Shown in pieces: positions 38,452 through 53,400 of a stretch of 64,000 nt of DNA. Position numbers and translations under genes: made by a program. The number at the start of each line of letters is the position of its first letter. The stretch's first letter is position 1. The notes under the pieces are model-generated. The model saw only the letters and a list, made by a program, of their open reading frames with translations. It was not told the DNA's origin and did not search any database. This DNA is from the human T2T-CHM13v2.0 reference genome, Homo sapiens: assembly GCF_009914755.1 (NCBI RefSeq), contig NC_060931.1, one strand, 5' to 3'.

Positions 38452-41400
38452 AACCTTTCTTTTCTTAGAGCAGTTTAGAAACACTCTGCTTGTTATGTCT
38501 GCAAGTGGATATTTGGACCTCTTTGAGGCCTTCGTTGCAAACGGGGTTTCTTCCTTTCATGCTAGACTAAGAAGAGTTCTCAGTAACTTTTTTGTGTTGT
38601 GTGTATTCAACTCACAGAGTTGAACCTTGCTTTAGAGAGAGCAGATTTGTAACACTCTTGCTGTGGCATTTTCAGGTGGAGATTTCAAGCGATTTGAGGA
38701 CAATTGCAGAAAAGGAAATATCTTCGTATAATAACCAGACAGAATCATTCTCAGAAAGTGCTTTGTGATGTGTGCGTTCAACTCACAGAGTTTAACCTTT
38801 CTTTTCATAGAGGAGTTTGGAAACACACTGTTTGTAAAGTCTGCAAGTGGATATATGGACCTGTTTGAGGCCTTCGTTGGAAACGGGATTTCTTCATTGA
38901 ATGCTAGACGGAAGAATTCTCAGTAAATTCTTTGTGTTGTGTGCATTCAACTCACAGAGTGGAACGTCCCTTTAGACAGAGCAGATTTGAAACCCTCTTT
39001 TTGCGGAATTTGCAAGTGGAGATTTCTAGCCATTTGATGCCAACAGTAGAAAGGGAAATATCTTCAAATAAAAACCAGACAGAATCATTCTCAGAAAATT
39101 CTTTGTGATGTGTGCGTTCAACTCACATAGTTTAACCTTTCTTTTCATAGAGCAGTTTGGAAACACTCTGTTTGTAAAGTCTGCAAGTGGATATATGGAC
39201 CGCATTGAGGCCTTCGTTGGAAACGGGATTTCTTCATTTCATGCTAGACAGAAGAATTCTCAGTAACTTCTTTGTGCTGTGTGTATTCAACTCACAGAGT
39301 GGAACGTCCCTTTGCACAGAGCAGATTTGAAACACTCTTTTTGTGGAGTTTGCAAGTGGAGATTTCAAGCGATTTGATGCCAACAGTAGAAAAGGAAATA
39401 TCTTCAAATAAAAACTAGACAGAATCATTCTCAGAAACTACTTTGTGATGTGTGCCTTCAACTCACAAGGTTTAACCTTTCTTTTCTTAGAGCAGTTTAG
39501 AAACACTCTGCTTGTTACGTCTGCAAGTGGATATTTGGACCTCTTTGAGGCCTTCGTTGCAAACGGGGTTTCTTCCTTTCATGCTAGACTAAGAAGAGTT
39601 CTCAGTAACTTTTTTGTGTTGTGTGTATTCAACTCACAGAATTGAACCTTGCTTTAGAGAGAGCAGATTTGAAACACTCTTGCTGTGGCATTTTCAGGTG
39701 GAGATTTCAAGCGATTTGAGGACAATTGCAGAAAAGGAAATATCTTCGTATAATAACCAGACAGAATCATTCTCAGAAAGTGCTTTGTGATGTGTGCGTT
39801 CAACTCACAGAGTTTAACCTTTCTTTTCATAGAGGAGTTTGGAAACACACTGTTTGTAAAGTCTGCAAGTGGATATATGGACCTGTTTGAGGCCTTCGTT
39901 GGAAACGGGATTTCTTCATTGAATGCTAGACGGAAGAATTCTCAGTAAATTCTTTGTGTTGTGTGCATTCAACTCACAGAGTGGAACGTCCCTTTAGACA
40001 GAGCAGATTTGAAACACTCTTTTTGCGGAATTTGCAAGTGGAGATTTCTAGCCATTTGATGCCAACAGTAGAAAGGGAAATATCTTCAAATAAAAACCAG
40101 ACAGAATCATTCTCAGAAAATTCTTTGTGATGTGTGCGTTCAACTCACATAGTTTAACCTTTCTTTTCATAGAGCAGTTTGGAAACACTCTGTTTGTAAA
40201 GTCTGCAAGTGGATATATGGACCGCATTGAGGCCTTCGTTGGAAACGGGATTTCTTCATTTCATGCTAGACAGAAGAATTCTCAGTAACTTCTTTGTGCT
40301 GTGTGTATTCAACTCACAGAGTGGAACGTCCCTTTGCACAGAGCAGATTTGAAACACTCTTTTTGTGGAGTTTGCAAGTGGAGATTTCAAGCGATTTGAT
40401 GCCTACAGTAGGAAAGGAAATATCTTCAAATAAAAACTAGACAGAATCATTCTCAGAAACTACTTTGTGATGTGTGCCTTCAACTCACAGAGTTTAACCT
40501 TTCTTTTCTTAGAGCAGTTTAGAAACACTCTGCTTGTTATGTCTGCAAGTGGATATTTGGACCTCTTTGAGGCCTTCGTTGCAAACGGGGTTTCTTCCTT
40601 TCATGCTAGACTAAGAAGAGTTCTCAGTAACTTTTTTGTGTTGTGTGTATTCAACTCACAGAGTTGAACCTTGCTTTAGAGAGAGCAGATTTGAAACACT
40701 CTTGCTGTGGCATTTTCAGGTGGAGATTTCAAGCGATTTGAGGACAATTGCAGAAAAGGAAATATCTTCGTATAATAACCAGACAGAATCATTCTCAGAA
40801 AGTGCTTTGTGATGTGTGCGTTCAACTCACAGAGTTTAACCTTTCTTTTCATAGAGGAGTTTGGAAACACACTGTTTGTAAAGTCTGCAAGTGGATATAT
40901 GGACCTGTTTGAGGCCTTCGTTGGAAACGGGATTTCTTCATTGAATGCTAGACGGAAGAATTCTCAGTAAATTCTTTGTGTTGTGTGCATTCAACTCACA
41001 GAGTGGAACGTCCCTTTAGACAGAGCAGATTTGAAACACTCTTTTTGCGGAATTTGCAAGTGGAGATTTCTAGCCATTTGATGCCAACAGTAGAAAGGGA
41101 AATATCTTCAAATAAAAACCAGACAGAATCATTCTCAGAAAATTCTTTGTGATGTGTGCGTTCAACTCACATAGTTTAACCTTTCTTTTCATAGAGCAGT
41201 TTGGAAACACTCTGTTTGTAAAGTCTGCAAGTGGATATATGGACCGCATTGAGGCCTTCGTTGGAAACGGGATTTCTTCATTTCATGCTAGACAGAAGAA
41301 TTCTCAGTAACTTCTTTGTGCTGTGTGTATTCAACTCACAGAGTGGAACGTCCCTTTGCACAGAGCAGATTTGAAACACTCTTTTTGTGGAGTTTGCAAG

Positions 41401-44400
41401 TGGAGATTTCAAGCGATTTGATGCCAACAGTAGAAAAGGAAATATCTTCAAATAAAAACTAGACAGAATCATTCTCAGAAACTACTTTGTGATGTGTGCC
41501 TTCAACTCACAGAGTTCAACCTTTCTTTTCTTAGAGCAGTTTAGAAACACTCTGCTTGTTATGTCTGCAAGTGGATATTTGGACCTCTTTGAGGCCTTCG
41601 TTGCAAACGGGGTTTCTTCCTTTCATGCTAGACTAAGAAGAGTTCTCAGTAACTTTTTTGTGTTGTGTGTATTCAACTCACAGAGTTGAACCTTGCTTTA
41701 GAGAGAGCAGATTTGAAACACTCTTGCTGTGGCATTTTCAGGTGGAGATTTCAAGCGATTTGAGGACAATTGCAGAAAAGGAAATATCTTCGTATAATAA
41801 CCAGACAGAATCATTCTCAGAAAGTGCTTTGTGATGTGTGCGTTCAACTCACAGAGTTTAACCTTTCTTTTCATAGAGGAGTTTGGAAACACACTGTTTG
41901 TAAAGTCTGCAAGTGGATATATGGACCTGTTTGAGGCCTTCGTTGGAAACGGGATTTCTTCATTGAATGCTAGACGGAAGAATTCTCAGTAAATTCTTTG
42001 TGTTGTGTGCATTCAACTCACAGAGTGGAACGTCCCTTTAGACAGAGCAGATTTGAAACACTCTTTTTGCGGAATTTGCAAGTGGAGATTTCTAGCCATT
42101 TGATGCCAACAGTAGAAAGGGAAATATCTTCAAATAAAAACCAGACAGAATCATTCTCAGAAAATTCTTTGTGATGTGTGCGTTCAACTCACATAGTTTA
42201 ACCTTTCTTTTCATAGAGCAGTTTGGAAACACTCTGTTTGTAAAGTCTGCAAGTGGATATATGGACCGCATTGAGGCCTTCGTTGGAAACGGGATTTCTT
42301 CATTTCATGCTAGACAGAAGAATTCTCAGTAACTTCTTTGTGCTGTGTGTATTCAACTCACAGAGTGGAACGTCCCTTTGCACAGAGCAGATTTGAAACA
42401 CTCTTTTTGTGGAGTTTGCCAGTGGAGATTTCAAGCGATTTGATGCCAACAGTAGAAAAGGAAATATCTTCAAATAAAAACTAGACAGAATCATTCTCAG
42501 AAACTACTTTGTGATGTGTGCCTTCAACTCACAGAGTTCAACCTTTCTTTTCTTAGAGCAGTTTAGAAACACTCTGCTTGTTATGTCTGCAAGTGGATAT
42601 TTGGACCTCTTTGAGGCCTTCGTTGCAAACGGGGTTTCTTCCTTTCATGCTAGACTAAGAAGAGTTCTCAGTAACTTTTTTGTGTTGTGTGTATTCAACT
42701 CACAGAGTTGAACCTTGCTTTAGAGAGAGCAGATTTGAAACACTCTTGTTGTGGCATTTTCAGGTGGAGATTTCAAGCGATTTGAGGACAATTGCAGAAA
42801 AGGAAATATCTTCGTATAATAACCAGACAGAATCATTCTCAGAAAGTGCTTTGTGATGTGTGCGTTCAACTCACAGAGTTTAACCTTTCTTTTCATAGAG
42901 GAGTTTGGAAACACACTGTTTGTAAAGTCTGCAAGTGGATACATGGACCTGTTTGAGGCCTTCGTTGGAAACGGGATTTCTTCATTGAATGCTAGACGGA
43001 AGAATTCTCAGTAAATTCTTTGTGTTGTGTGCATTCAACTCACAGAGTGGAACGTCCCTTTAGACAGAGCAGATTTGAAACACTCTTTTTGCGGAATTTG
43101 CAAGTGGAGATTTCTAGCCATTTGATGCCAACAGTAGAAAGGGAAATATCTTCAAATAAAAACCAGACAGAATCATTCTCAGAAAATTCTTTGTGATGTG
43201 TGCGTTCAACTCACATAGTTTAACCTTTCTTTTCATAGAGCAGTTTGGAAACACTCTGTTTGTAAAGTCTGCAAGTGGATATATGGACCGCATTGAGGCC
43301 TTCGTTGGAAACGGGATTTCTTCATTTCATGCTAGACAGAAGAATTCTCAGTAACTTCTTTGTGCTGTGTGTATTCAACTCACAGAGTGGAACGTCCCTT
43401 TGCACAGAGCAGATTTGAAACACTCTTTTTGTGGAGTTTGCAAGTGGAGATTTCAAGCGATTTGATGCCTACAGTAGAAAAGGAAATATCTTCAAATAAA
43501 AACTAGACAGAATCATTCTCAGAAACTACTTTGTGATGTGTGCCTTCAACTCACAGAGTTTAACCTTTCTTTTCTTAGAGCAGTTTAGAAACACTCTGCT
43601 TGTTATGTCTGCAAGTGGATATTTGGACCTCTTTGAGGCCTTCGTTGCAAACGGGGTTTCTTCCTTTCATGCTAGACTAAGAAGAGTTCTCAGTAACTTT
43701 TTTGTGTTGTGTGTATTCAACTCACAGAGTTGAACCTTGCTTTAGAGAGAGCAGATTTGAAACACTCTTGCTGTGGCATTTTCAGGTGGAGATTTCAAGC
43801 GATTTGAGGACAATTGCAGAAAAGGAAATATCTTCGTATAATAACCAGACAGAATCATTCTCAGAAAGTGCTTTGTGATGTGTGCGTTCAACTCACAGAG
43901 TTTAACCTTTCTTTTCATAGAGGAGTTTGGAAACACACTGTTTGTAAAGTCTGCAAGTGGATACATGGACCTGTTTGAGGCCTTCGTTGGAAACGGGATT
44001 TCTTCATTGAATGCTAGACGGAAGAATTCTCAGTAAATTCTTTGTGTTGTGTGCATTCAACTCACAGAGTGGAACGTCCCTTTAGACAGAGCAGATTTGA
44101 AACCCTCTTTTTGCGGAATTTGCAAGTGGAGATTTCTAGCCATTTGATGCCAACAGTAGAAAGGGAAATATCTTCAAATAAAAACCAGACAGAATCATTC
44201 TCAGAAAATTCTTTGTGATGTGTGCGTTCAACTCACATAGTTTAACCTTTCTTTTCATAGAGCAGTTTGGAAACACTCTGTTTGTAAAGTCTGCAAGTGG
44301 ATATATGGACCGCATTGAGGCCTTCGTTGGAAACGGGATTTCTTCATTTCATGCTAGACAGAAGAATTCTCAGTAACTTCTTTGTGCTGTGTGTATTCAA

Positions 44401-47400
44401 CTCACAGAGTGGAACGTCCCTTTGCACAGAGCAGATTTGAAACACTCTTTTTGTGGAGTTTGCAAGTGGAGATTTCAAGCGATTTGATGCCAACAGTAGA
44501 AAAGGAAATATCTTCAAATAAAAACTAGACAGAATCATTCTCAGAAACTACTTTGTGATGTGTGCCTTCAACTCACAGAGTTCAACCTTTCTTTTCTTAG
44601 AGCAGTTTAGAAACACTCTGCTTGTTATGTCTGCAAGTGGATATTTGGACCTCTTTGAGGCCTTCGTTGCAAACGGGGTTTCTTCCTTTCATGCTAGACT
44701 AAGAAGAGTTCTCAGTAACTTTTTTGTGTTGTGTGTATTCAACTCACAGAGTTGAACCTTGCTTTAGAGAGAGCAGATTTGAAACACTCTTGCTGTGGCA
44801 TTTTCAGGTGGAGATTTCAAGCGATTTGAGGACAATTGCAGAAAAGGAAATATCTTCGTATAATAACCAGACAGAATCATTCTCAGAAAGTGCTTTGTGA
44901 TGTGTGCGTTCAACTCACAGAGTTTAACCTTTCTTTTCATAGAGGAGTTTGGAAACACACTGTTTGTAAAGTCTGCAAGTGGATATATGGACCTGTTTGA
45001 GGCCTTCGTTGGAAACGGGATTTCTTCATTGAATGCTAGACGGAAGAATTCTCAGTAAATTCTTTGTGTTGTGTGCATTCAACTCACAGAGTGGAACGTC
45101 CCTTTAGACAGAGCAGATTTGAAACACTCTTTTTGCGGAATTTGCAAGTGGAGATTTCTAGCCATTTGATGCCAACAGTAGAAAGGGAAATATCTTCAAA
45201 TAAAAACCAGACAGAATCATTCTCAGAAAATTCTTTGTGATGTGTGCGTTCAACTCACATAGTTTAACCTTTCTTTTCATAGAGCAGTTTGGAAACACTC
45301 TGTTTGTAAAGTCTGCAAGTGGATATATGGACCGCATTGAGGCCTTCGTTGGAAACGGGATTTCTTCATTTCATGCTAGACAGAAGAATTCTCAGTAACT
45401 TCTTTGTGCTGTGTGTATTCAACTCACAGAGTGGAACGTCCCTTTGCACAGAGCAGATTTGAAACACTCTTTTTGTGGAGTTTGCCAGTGGAGATTTCAA
45501 GCGATTTGATGCCAACAGTAGAAAAGGAAATATCTTCAAATAAAAACTAGACAGAATCATTCTCAGAAACTACTTTGTGATGTGTGCCTTCAACTCACAG
45601 AGTTCAACCTTTCTTTTCTTAGAGCAGTTTAGAAACACTCTGCTTGTTATGTCTGCAAGTGGATATTTGGACCTCTTTGAGGCCTTCGTTGCAAACGGGG
45701 TTTCTTCCTTTCATGCTAGACTAAGAAGAGTTCTCAGTAACTTTTTTGTGTTGTGTGTATTCAACTCACAGAGTTGAACCTTGCTTTAGAGAGAGCAGAT
45801 TTGAAACACTCTTGCTGTGGCATTTTCAGGTGGAGATTTCAAGCGATTTGAGGACAATTGCAGAAAAGGAAATATCTTCGTATAATAACCAGACAGAATC
45901 ATTCTCAGAAAGTGCTTTGTGATGTGTGCGTTCAACTCACAGAGTTTAACCTTTCTTTTCATAGAGGAGTTTGGAAACACACTGTTTGTAAAGTCTGCAA
46001 GTGGATATATGGACCTGTTTGAGGCCTTCGTTGGAAACGGGATTTCTTCATTGAATGCTAGACGGAAGAATTCTCAGTAAATTCTTTGTGTTGTGTGCAT
46101 TCAACTCACAGAGTGGAACGTCCCTTTAGACAGAGCAGATTTGAAACACTCTTTTTGCGGAATTTGCAAGTGGAGATTTCTAGCCATTTGATGCCAACAG
46201 TAGAAAGGGAAATATCTTCAAATAAAAACCAGACAGAATCATTCTCAGAAAATTCTTTGTGATGTGTGCGTTCAACTCACATAGTTTAACCTTTCTTTTC
46301 ATAGAGCAGTTTGGAAACACTCTGTTTGTAAAGTCTGCAAGTGGATATATGGACCGCATTGAGGCCTTCGTTGGAAACGGGATTTCTTCATTTCATGCTA
46401 GACAGAAGAATTCTCAGTAACTTCTTTGTGCTGTGTGTATTCAACTCACAGAGTGGAACGTCCCTTTGCACAGAGCAGATTTGAAACACTCTTTTTGTGG
46501 AGTTTGCCAGTGGAGATTTCAAGCGATTTGATGCCAACAGTAGAAAAGGAAATATCTTCAAATAAAAACTAGACAGAATCATTCTCAGAAACTACTTTGT
46601 GATGTGTGCCTTCAACTCACAGAGTTCAACCTTTCTTTTCTTAGAGCAGTTTAGAAACACTCTGCTTGTTATGTCTGCAAGTGGATATTTGGACCTCTTT
46701 GAGGCCTTCGTTGCAAACGGGGTTTCTTCCTTTCATGCTAGACTAAGAAGAGTTCTCAGTAACTTTTTTGTGTTGTGTGTATTCAACTCACAGAGTTGAA
46801 CCTTGCTTTAGAGAGAGCAGATTTGAAACACTCTTGCTGTGGCATTTTCAGGTGGAGATTTCAAGCGATTTGAGGACAATTGCAGAAAAGGAAATATCTT
46901 CGTATAATAACCAGACAGAATCATTCTCAGAAAGTGCTTTGTGATGTGTGCGTTCAACTCACAGAGTTTAACCTTTCTTTTCATAGAGGAGTTTGGAAAC
47001 ACACTGTTTGTAAAGTCTGCAAGTGGATATATGGACCTGTTTGAGGCCTTCGTTGGAAACGGGATTTCTTCATTGAATGCTAGACGGAAGAATTCTCAGT
47101 AAATTCTTTGTGTTGTGTGCATTCAACTCACAGAGTGGAACGTCCCTTTAGACAGAGCAGATTTGAAACACTCTTTTTGCGGAATTTGCAAGTGGAGATT
47201 TCTAGCCATTTGATGCCAACAGTAGAAAGGGAAATATCTTCAAATAAAAACCAGACAGAATCATTCTCAGAAAATTCTTTGTGATGTGTGCGTTCAACTC
47301 ACATAGTTTAACCTTTCTTTTCATAGAGCAGTTTGGAAACACTCTGTTTGTAAAGTCTGCAAGTGGATATATGGACCGCATTGAGGCCTTCGTTGGAAAC

Positions 47401-50400
47401 GGGATTTCTTCATTTCATGCTAGACAGAAGAATTCTCAGTAACTTCTTTGTGCTGTGTGTATTCAACTCACAGAGTGGAACGTCCCTTTGCACAGAGCAG
47501 ATTTGAAACACTCTTTTTGTGGAGTTTGCAAGTGGAGATTTCAAGCGATTTGATGCCAACAGTAGAAAAGGAAATATCTTCAAATAAAAACTAGACAGAA
47601 TCATTCTCAGAAACTACTTTGTGATGTGTGCCTTCAACTCACAGAGTTCAACCTTTCTTTTCTTAGAGCAGTTTAGAAACACTCTGCTTGTTATGTCTGC
47701 AAGTGGATATTTGGACCTCTTTGAGGCCTTCGTTGCAAACGGGGTTTCTTCCTTTCATGCTAGACTAAGAAGAGTTCTCAGTAACTTTTTTGTGTTGTGT
47801 GTATTCAACTCACAGAGTTGAACCTTGCTTTAGAGAGAGCAGATTTGAAACACTCTTGCTGTGGCATTTTCAGGTGGAGATTTCAAGCGATTTGAGGACA
47901 ATTGCAGAAAAGGAAATATCTTCGTATAATAACCAGACAGAATCATTCTCAGAAAGTGCTTTGTGATGTGTGCGTTCAACTCACAGAGTTTAACCTTTCT
48001 TTTCATAGAGGAGTTTGGAAACACACTGTTTGTAAAGTCTGCAAGTGGATATATGGACCTGTTTGAGGCCTTCGTTGGAAACGGGATTTCTTCATTGAAT
48101 GCTAGACGGAAGAATTCTCAGTAAATTCTTTGTGTTGTGTGCATTCAACTCACAGAGTGGAACGTCCCTTTAGACAGAGCAGATTTGAAACACTCTTTTT
48201 GCGGAATTTGCAAGTGGAGATTTCTAGCCATTTGATGCCAACAGTAGAAAGGGAAATATCTTCAAATAAAAACCAGACAGAATCATTCTCAGAAAATTCT
48301 TTGTGATGTGTGCGTTCAACTCACATAGTTTAACCTTTCTTTTCATAGAGCAGTTTGGAAACACTCTGTTTGTAAAGTCTGCAAGTGGATATATGGACCG
48401 CATTGAGGCCTTCGTTGGAAACGGGATTTCTTCATTTCATGCTAGACAGAAGAATTCTCAGTAACTTCTTTGTGCTGTGTGTATTCAACTCACAGAGTGG
48501 AACGTCCCTTTGCACAGAGCAGATTTGAAACACTCTTTTTGTGGAGTTTGCCAGTGGAGATTTCAAGCGATTTGATGCCAACAGTAGAAAAGGAAATATC
48601 TTCAAATAAAAACTAGACAGAATCATTCTCAGAAACTACTTTGTGATGTGTGCCTTCAACTCACAGAGTTCAACCTTTCTTTTCTTAGAGCAGTTTAGAA
48701 ACACTCTGCTTGTTATGTCTGCAAGTGGATATTTGGACCTCTTTGAGGCCTTCGTTGCAAACGGGGTTTCTTCCTTTCATGCTAGACTAAGAAGAGTTCT
48801 CAGTAACTTTTTTGTGTTGTGTGTATTCAACTCACAGAGTTGAACCTTGCTTTAGAGAGAGCAGATTTGAAACACTCTTGTTGTGGCATTTTCAGGTGGA
48901 GATTTCAAGCGATTTGAGGACAATTGCAGAAAAGGAAATATCTTCGTATAATAACCAGACAGAATCATTCTCAGAAAGTGCTTTGTGATGTGTGCGTTCA
49001 ACTCACAGAGTTTAACCTTTCTTTTCATAGAGGAGTTTGGAAACACACTGTTTGTAAAGTCTGCAAGTGGATACATGGACCTGTTTGAGGCCTTCGTTGG
49101 AAACGGGATTTCTTCATTGAATGCTAGACGGAAGAATTCTCAGTAAATTCTTTGTGTTGTGTGCATTCAACTCACAGAGTGGAACGTCCCTTTAGACAGA
49201 GCAGATTTGAAACACTCTTTTTGCGGAATTTGCAAGTGGAGATTTCTAGCCATTTGATGCCAACAGTAGAAAGGGAAATATCTTCAAATAAAAACCAGAC
49301 AGAATCATTCTCAGAAAATTCTTTGTGATGTGTGCGTTCAACTCACATAGTTTAACCTTTCTTTTCATAGAGCAGTTTGGAAACACTCTGTTTGTAAAGT
49401 CTGCAAGTGGATATATGGACCGCATTGAGGCCTTCGTTGGAAACGGGATTTCTTCATTTCATGCTAGACAGAAGAATTCTCAGTAACTTCTTTGTGCTGT
49501 GTGTATTCAACTCACAGAGTGGAACGTCCCTTTGCACAGAGCAGATTTGAAACACTCTTTTTGTGGAGTTTGCAAGTGGAGATTTCAAGCGATTTGATGC
49601 CTACAGTAGAAAAGGAAATATCTTCAAATAAAAACTAGACAGAATCATTCTCAGAAACTACTTTGTGATGTGTGCCTTCAACTCACAGAGTTTAACCTTT
49701 CTTTTCTTAGAGCAGTTTAGAAACACTCTGCTTGTTATGTCTGCAAGTGGATATTTGGACCTCTTTGAGGCCTTCGTTGCAAACGGGGTTTCTTCCTTTC
49801 ATGCTAGACTAAGAAGAGTTCTCAGTAACTTTTTTGTGTTGTGTGTATTCAACTCACAGAGTTGAACCTTGCTTTAGAGAGAGCAGATTTGAAACACTCT
49901 TGCTGTGGCATTTTCAGGTGGAGATTTCAAGCGATTTGAGGACAATTGCAGAAAAGGAAATATCTTCGTATAATAACCAGACAGAATCATTCTCAGAAAG
50001 TGCTTTGTGATGTGTGCGTTCAACTCACAGAGTTTAACCTTTCTTTTCATAGAGGAGTTTGGAAACACACTGTTTGTAAAGTCTGCAAGTGGATATATGG
50101 ACCTGTTTGAGGCCTTCGTTGGAAACGGGATTTCTTCATTGAATGCTAGACGGAAGAATTCTCAGTAAATTCTTTGTGTTGTGTGCATTCAACTCACAGA
50201 GTGGAACGTCCCTTTAGACAGAGCAGATTTGAAACCCTCTTTTTGCGGAATTTGCAAGAGGAGATTTCTAGCCATTTGATGCCAACAGTAGAAAGGGAAA
50301 TATCTTCAAATAAAAACCAGACAGAATCATTCTCAGAAAATTCTTTGTGATGTGTGCGTTCAACTCACATAGTTTAACCTTTCTTTTCATAGAGCAGTTT

Positions 50401-53400
50401 GGAAACACTCTGTTTGTAAAGTCTGCAAGTGGATATATGGACCGCATTGAGGCCTTCGTTGGAAACGGGATTTCTTCATTTCATGCTAGACAGAAGAATT
50501 CTCAGTAACTTCTTTGTGCTGTGTGTATTCAACTCACAGAGTGGAACGTCCCTTTGCACAGAGCAGATTTGAAACACTCTTTTTGTGGAGTTTGCAAGTG
50601 GAGATTTCAAGCGATTTGATGCCAACAGTAGAAAAGGAAATATCTTCAAATAAAAACTAGACAGAATCATTCTCAGAAACTACTTTGTGATGTGTGCCTT
50701 CAACTCACAGAGTTCAACCTTTCTTTTCTTAGAGCAGTTTAGAAACACTCTGCTTGTTATGTCTGCAAGTGGATATTTGGACCTCTTTGAGGCCTTCGTT
50801 GCAAACGGGGTTTCTTCCTTTCATGCTAGACTAAGAAGAGTTCTCAGTAACTTTTTTGTGTTGTGTGTATTCAACTCACAGAGTTGAACCTTGCTTTAGA
50901 GAGAGCAGATTTGAAACACTCTTGCTGTGGCATTTTCAGGTGGAGATTTCAAGCGATTTGAGGACAATTGCAGAAAAGGAAATATCTTCGTATAATAACC
51001 AGACAGAATCATTCTCAGAAAGTGCTTTGTGATGTGTGCGTTCAACTCACAGAGTTTAACCTTTCTTTTCATAGAGGAGTTTGGAAACACACTGTTTGTA
51101 AAGTCTGCAAGTGGATATATGGACCTGTTTGAGGCCTTCGTTGGAAACGGGATTTCTTCATTGAATGCTAGACGGAAGAATTCTCAGTAAATTCTTTGTG
51201 TTGTGTGCATTCAACTCACAGAGTGGAACGTCCCTTTAGACAGAGCAGATTTGAAACACTCTTTTTGCGGAATTTGCAAGTGGAGATTTCTAGCCATTTG
51301 ATGCCAACAGTAGAAAGGGAAATATCTTCAAATAAAAACCAGACAGAATCATTCTCAGAAAATTCTTTGTGATGTGTGCGTTCAACTCACATAGTTTAAC
51401 CTTTCTTTTCATAGAGCAGTTTGGAAACACTCTGTTTGTAAAGTCTGCAAGTGGATATATGGACCGCATTGAGGCCTTCGTTGGAAACGGGATTTCTTCA
51501 TTTCATGCTAGACAGAAGAATTCTCAGTAACTTCTTTGTGCTGTGTGTATTCAACTCACAGAGTGGAACGTCCCTTTGCACAGAGCAGATTTGAAACACT
51601 CTTTTTGTGGAGTTTGCCAGTGGAGATTTCAAGCGATTTGATGCCAACAGTAGAAAAGGAAATATCTTCAAATAAAAACTAGACAGAATCATTCTCAGAA
51701 ACTACTTTGTGATGTGTGCCTTCAACTCACAGAGTTCAACCTTTCTTTTCTTAGAGCAGTTTAGAAACACTCTGCTTGTTATGTCTGCAAGTGGATATTT
51801 GGACCTCTTTGAGGCCTTCGTTGCAAACGGGGTTTCTTCCTTTCATGCTAGACTAAGAAGAGTTCTCAGTAACTTTTTTGTGTTGTGTGTATTCAACTCA
51901 CAGAGTTGAACCTTGCTTTAGAGAGAGCAGATTTGAAACACTCTTGCTGTGGCATTTTCAGGTGGAGATTTCAAGCGATTTGAGGACAATTGCAGAAAAG
52001 GAAATATCTTCGTATAATAACCAGACAGAATCATTCTCAGAAAGTGCTTTGTGATGTGTGCGTTCAACTCACAGAGTTTAACCTTTCTTTTCATAGAGGA
52101 GTTTGGAAACACACTGTTTGTAAAGTCTGCAAGTGGATATATGGACCTGTTTGAGGCCTTCGTTGGAAACGGGATTTCTTCATTGAATGCTAGACGGAAG
52201 AATTCTCAGTAAATTCTTTGTGTTGTGTGCATTCAACTCACAGAGTGGAACGTCCCTTTAGACAGAGCAGATTTGAAACACTCTTTTTGCGGAATTTGCA
52301 AGTGGAGATTTCTAGCCATTTGATGCCAACAGTAGAAAGGGAAATATCTTCAAATAAAAACCAGACAGAATCATTCTCAGAAAATTCTTTGTGATGTGTG
52401 CGTTCAACTCACATAGTTTAACCTTTCTTTTCATAGAGCAGTTTGGAAACACTCTGTTTGTAAAGTCTGCAAGTGGATATATGGACCGCATTGAGGCCTT
52501 CGTTGGAAACGGGATTTCTTCATTTCATGCTAGACAGAAGAATTCTCAGTAACTTCTTTGTGCTGTGTGTATTCAACTCACAGAGTGGAACGTCCCTTTG
52601 CACAGAGCAGATTTGAAACACTCTTTTTGTGGAGTTTGCCAGTGGAGATTTCAAGCGATTTGATGCCAACAGTAGAAAAGGAAATATCTTCAAATAAAAA
52701 CTAGACAGAATCATTCTCAGAAACTACTTTGTGATGTGTGCCTTCAACTCACAGAGTTCAACCTTTCTTTTCTTAGAGCAGTTTAGAAACACTCTGCTTG
52801 TTATGTCTGCAAGTGGATATTTGGACCTCTTTGAGGCCTTCGTTGCAAACGGGGTTTCTTCCTTTCATGCTAGACTAAGAAGAGTTCTCAGTAACTTTTT
52901 TGTGTTGTGTGTATTCAACTCACAGAGTTGAACCTTGCTTTAGAGAGAGCAGATTTGAAACACTCTTGCTGTGGCATTTTCAGGTGGAGATTTCAAGCGA
53001 TTTGAGGACAATTGCAGAAAAGGAAATATCTTCGTATAATAACCAGACAGAATCATTCTCAGAAAGTGCTTTGTGATGTGTGCGTTCAACTCACAGAGTT
53101 TAACCTTTCTTTTCATAGAGGAGTTTGGAAACACACTGTTTGTAAAGTCTGCAAGTGGATATATGGACCTGTTTGAGGCCTTCGTTGGAAACGGGATTTC
53201 TTCATTGAATGCTAGACGGAAGAATTCTCAGTAAATTCTTTGTGTTGTGTGCATTCAACTCACAGAGTGGAACGTCCCTTTAGACAGAGCAGATTTGAAA
53301 CACTCTTTTTGCGGAATTTGCAAGTGGAGATTTCTAGCCATTTGATGCCAACAGTAGAAAGGGAAATATCTTCAAATAAAAACCAGACAGAATCATTCTC

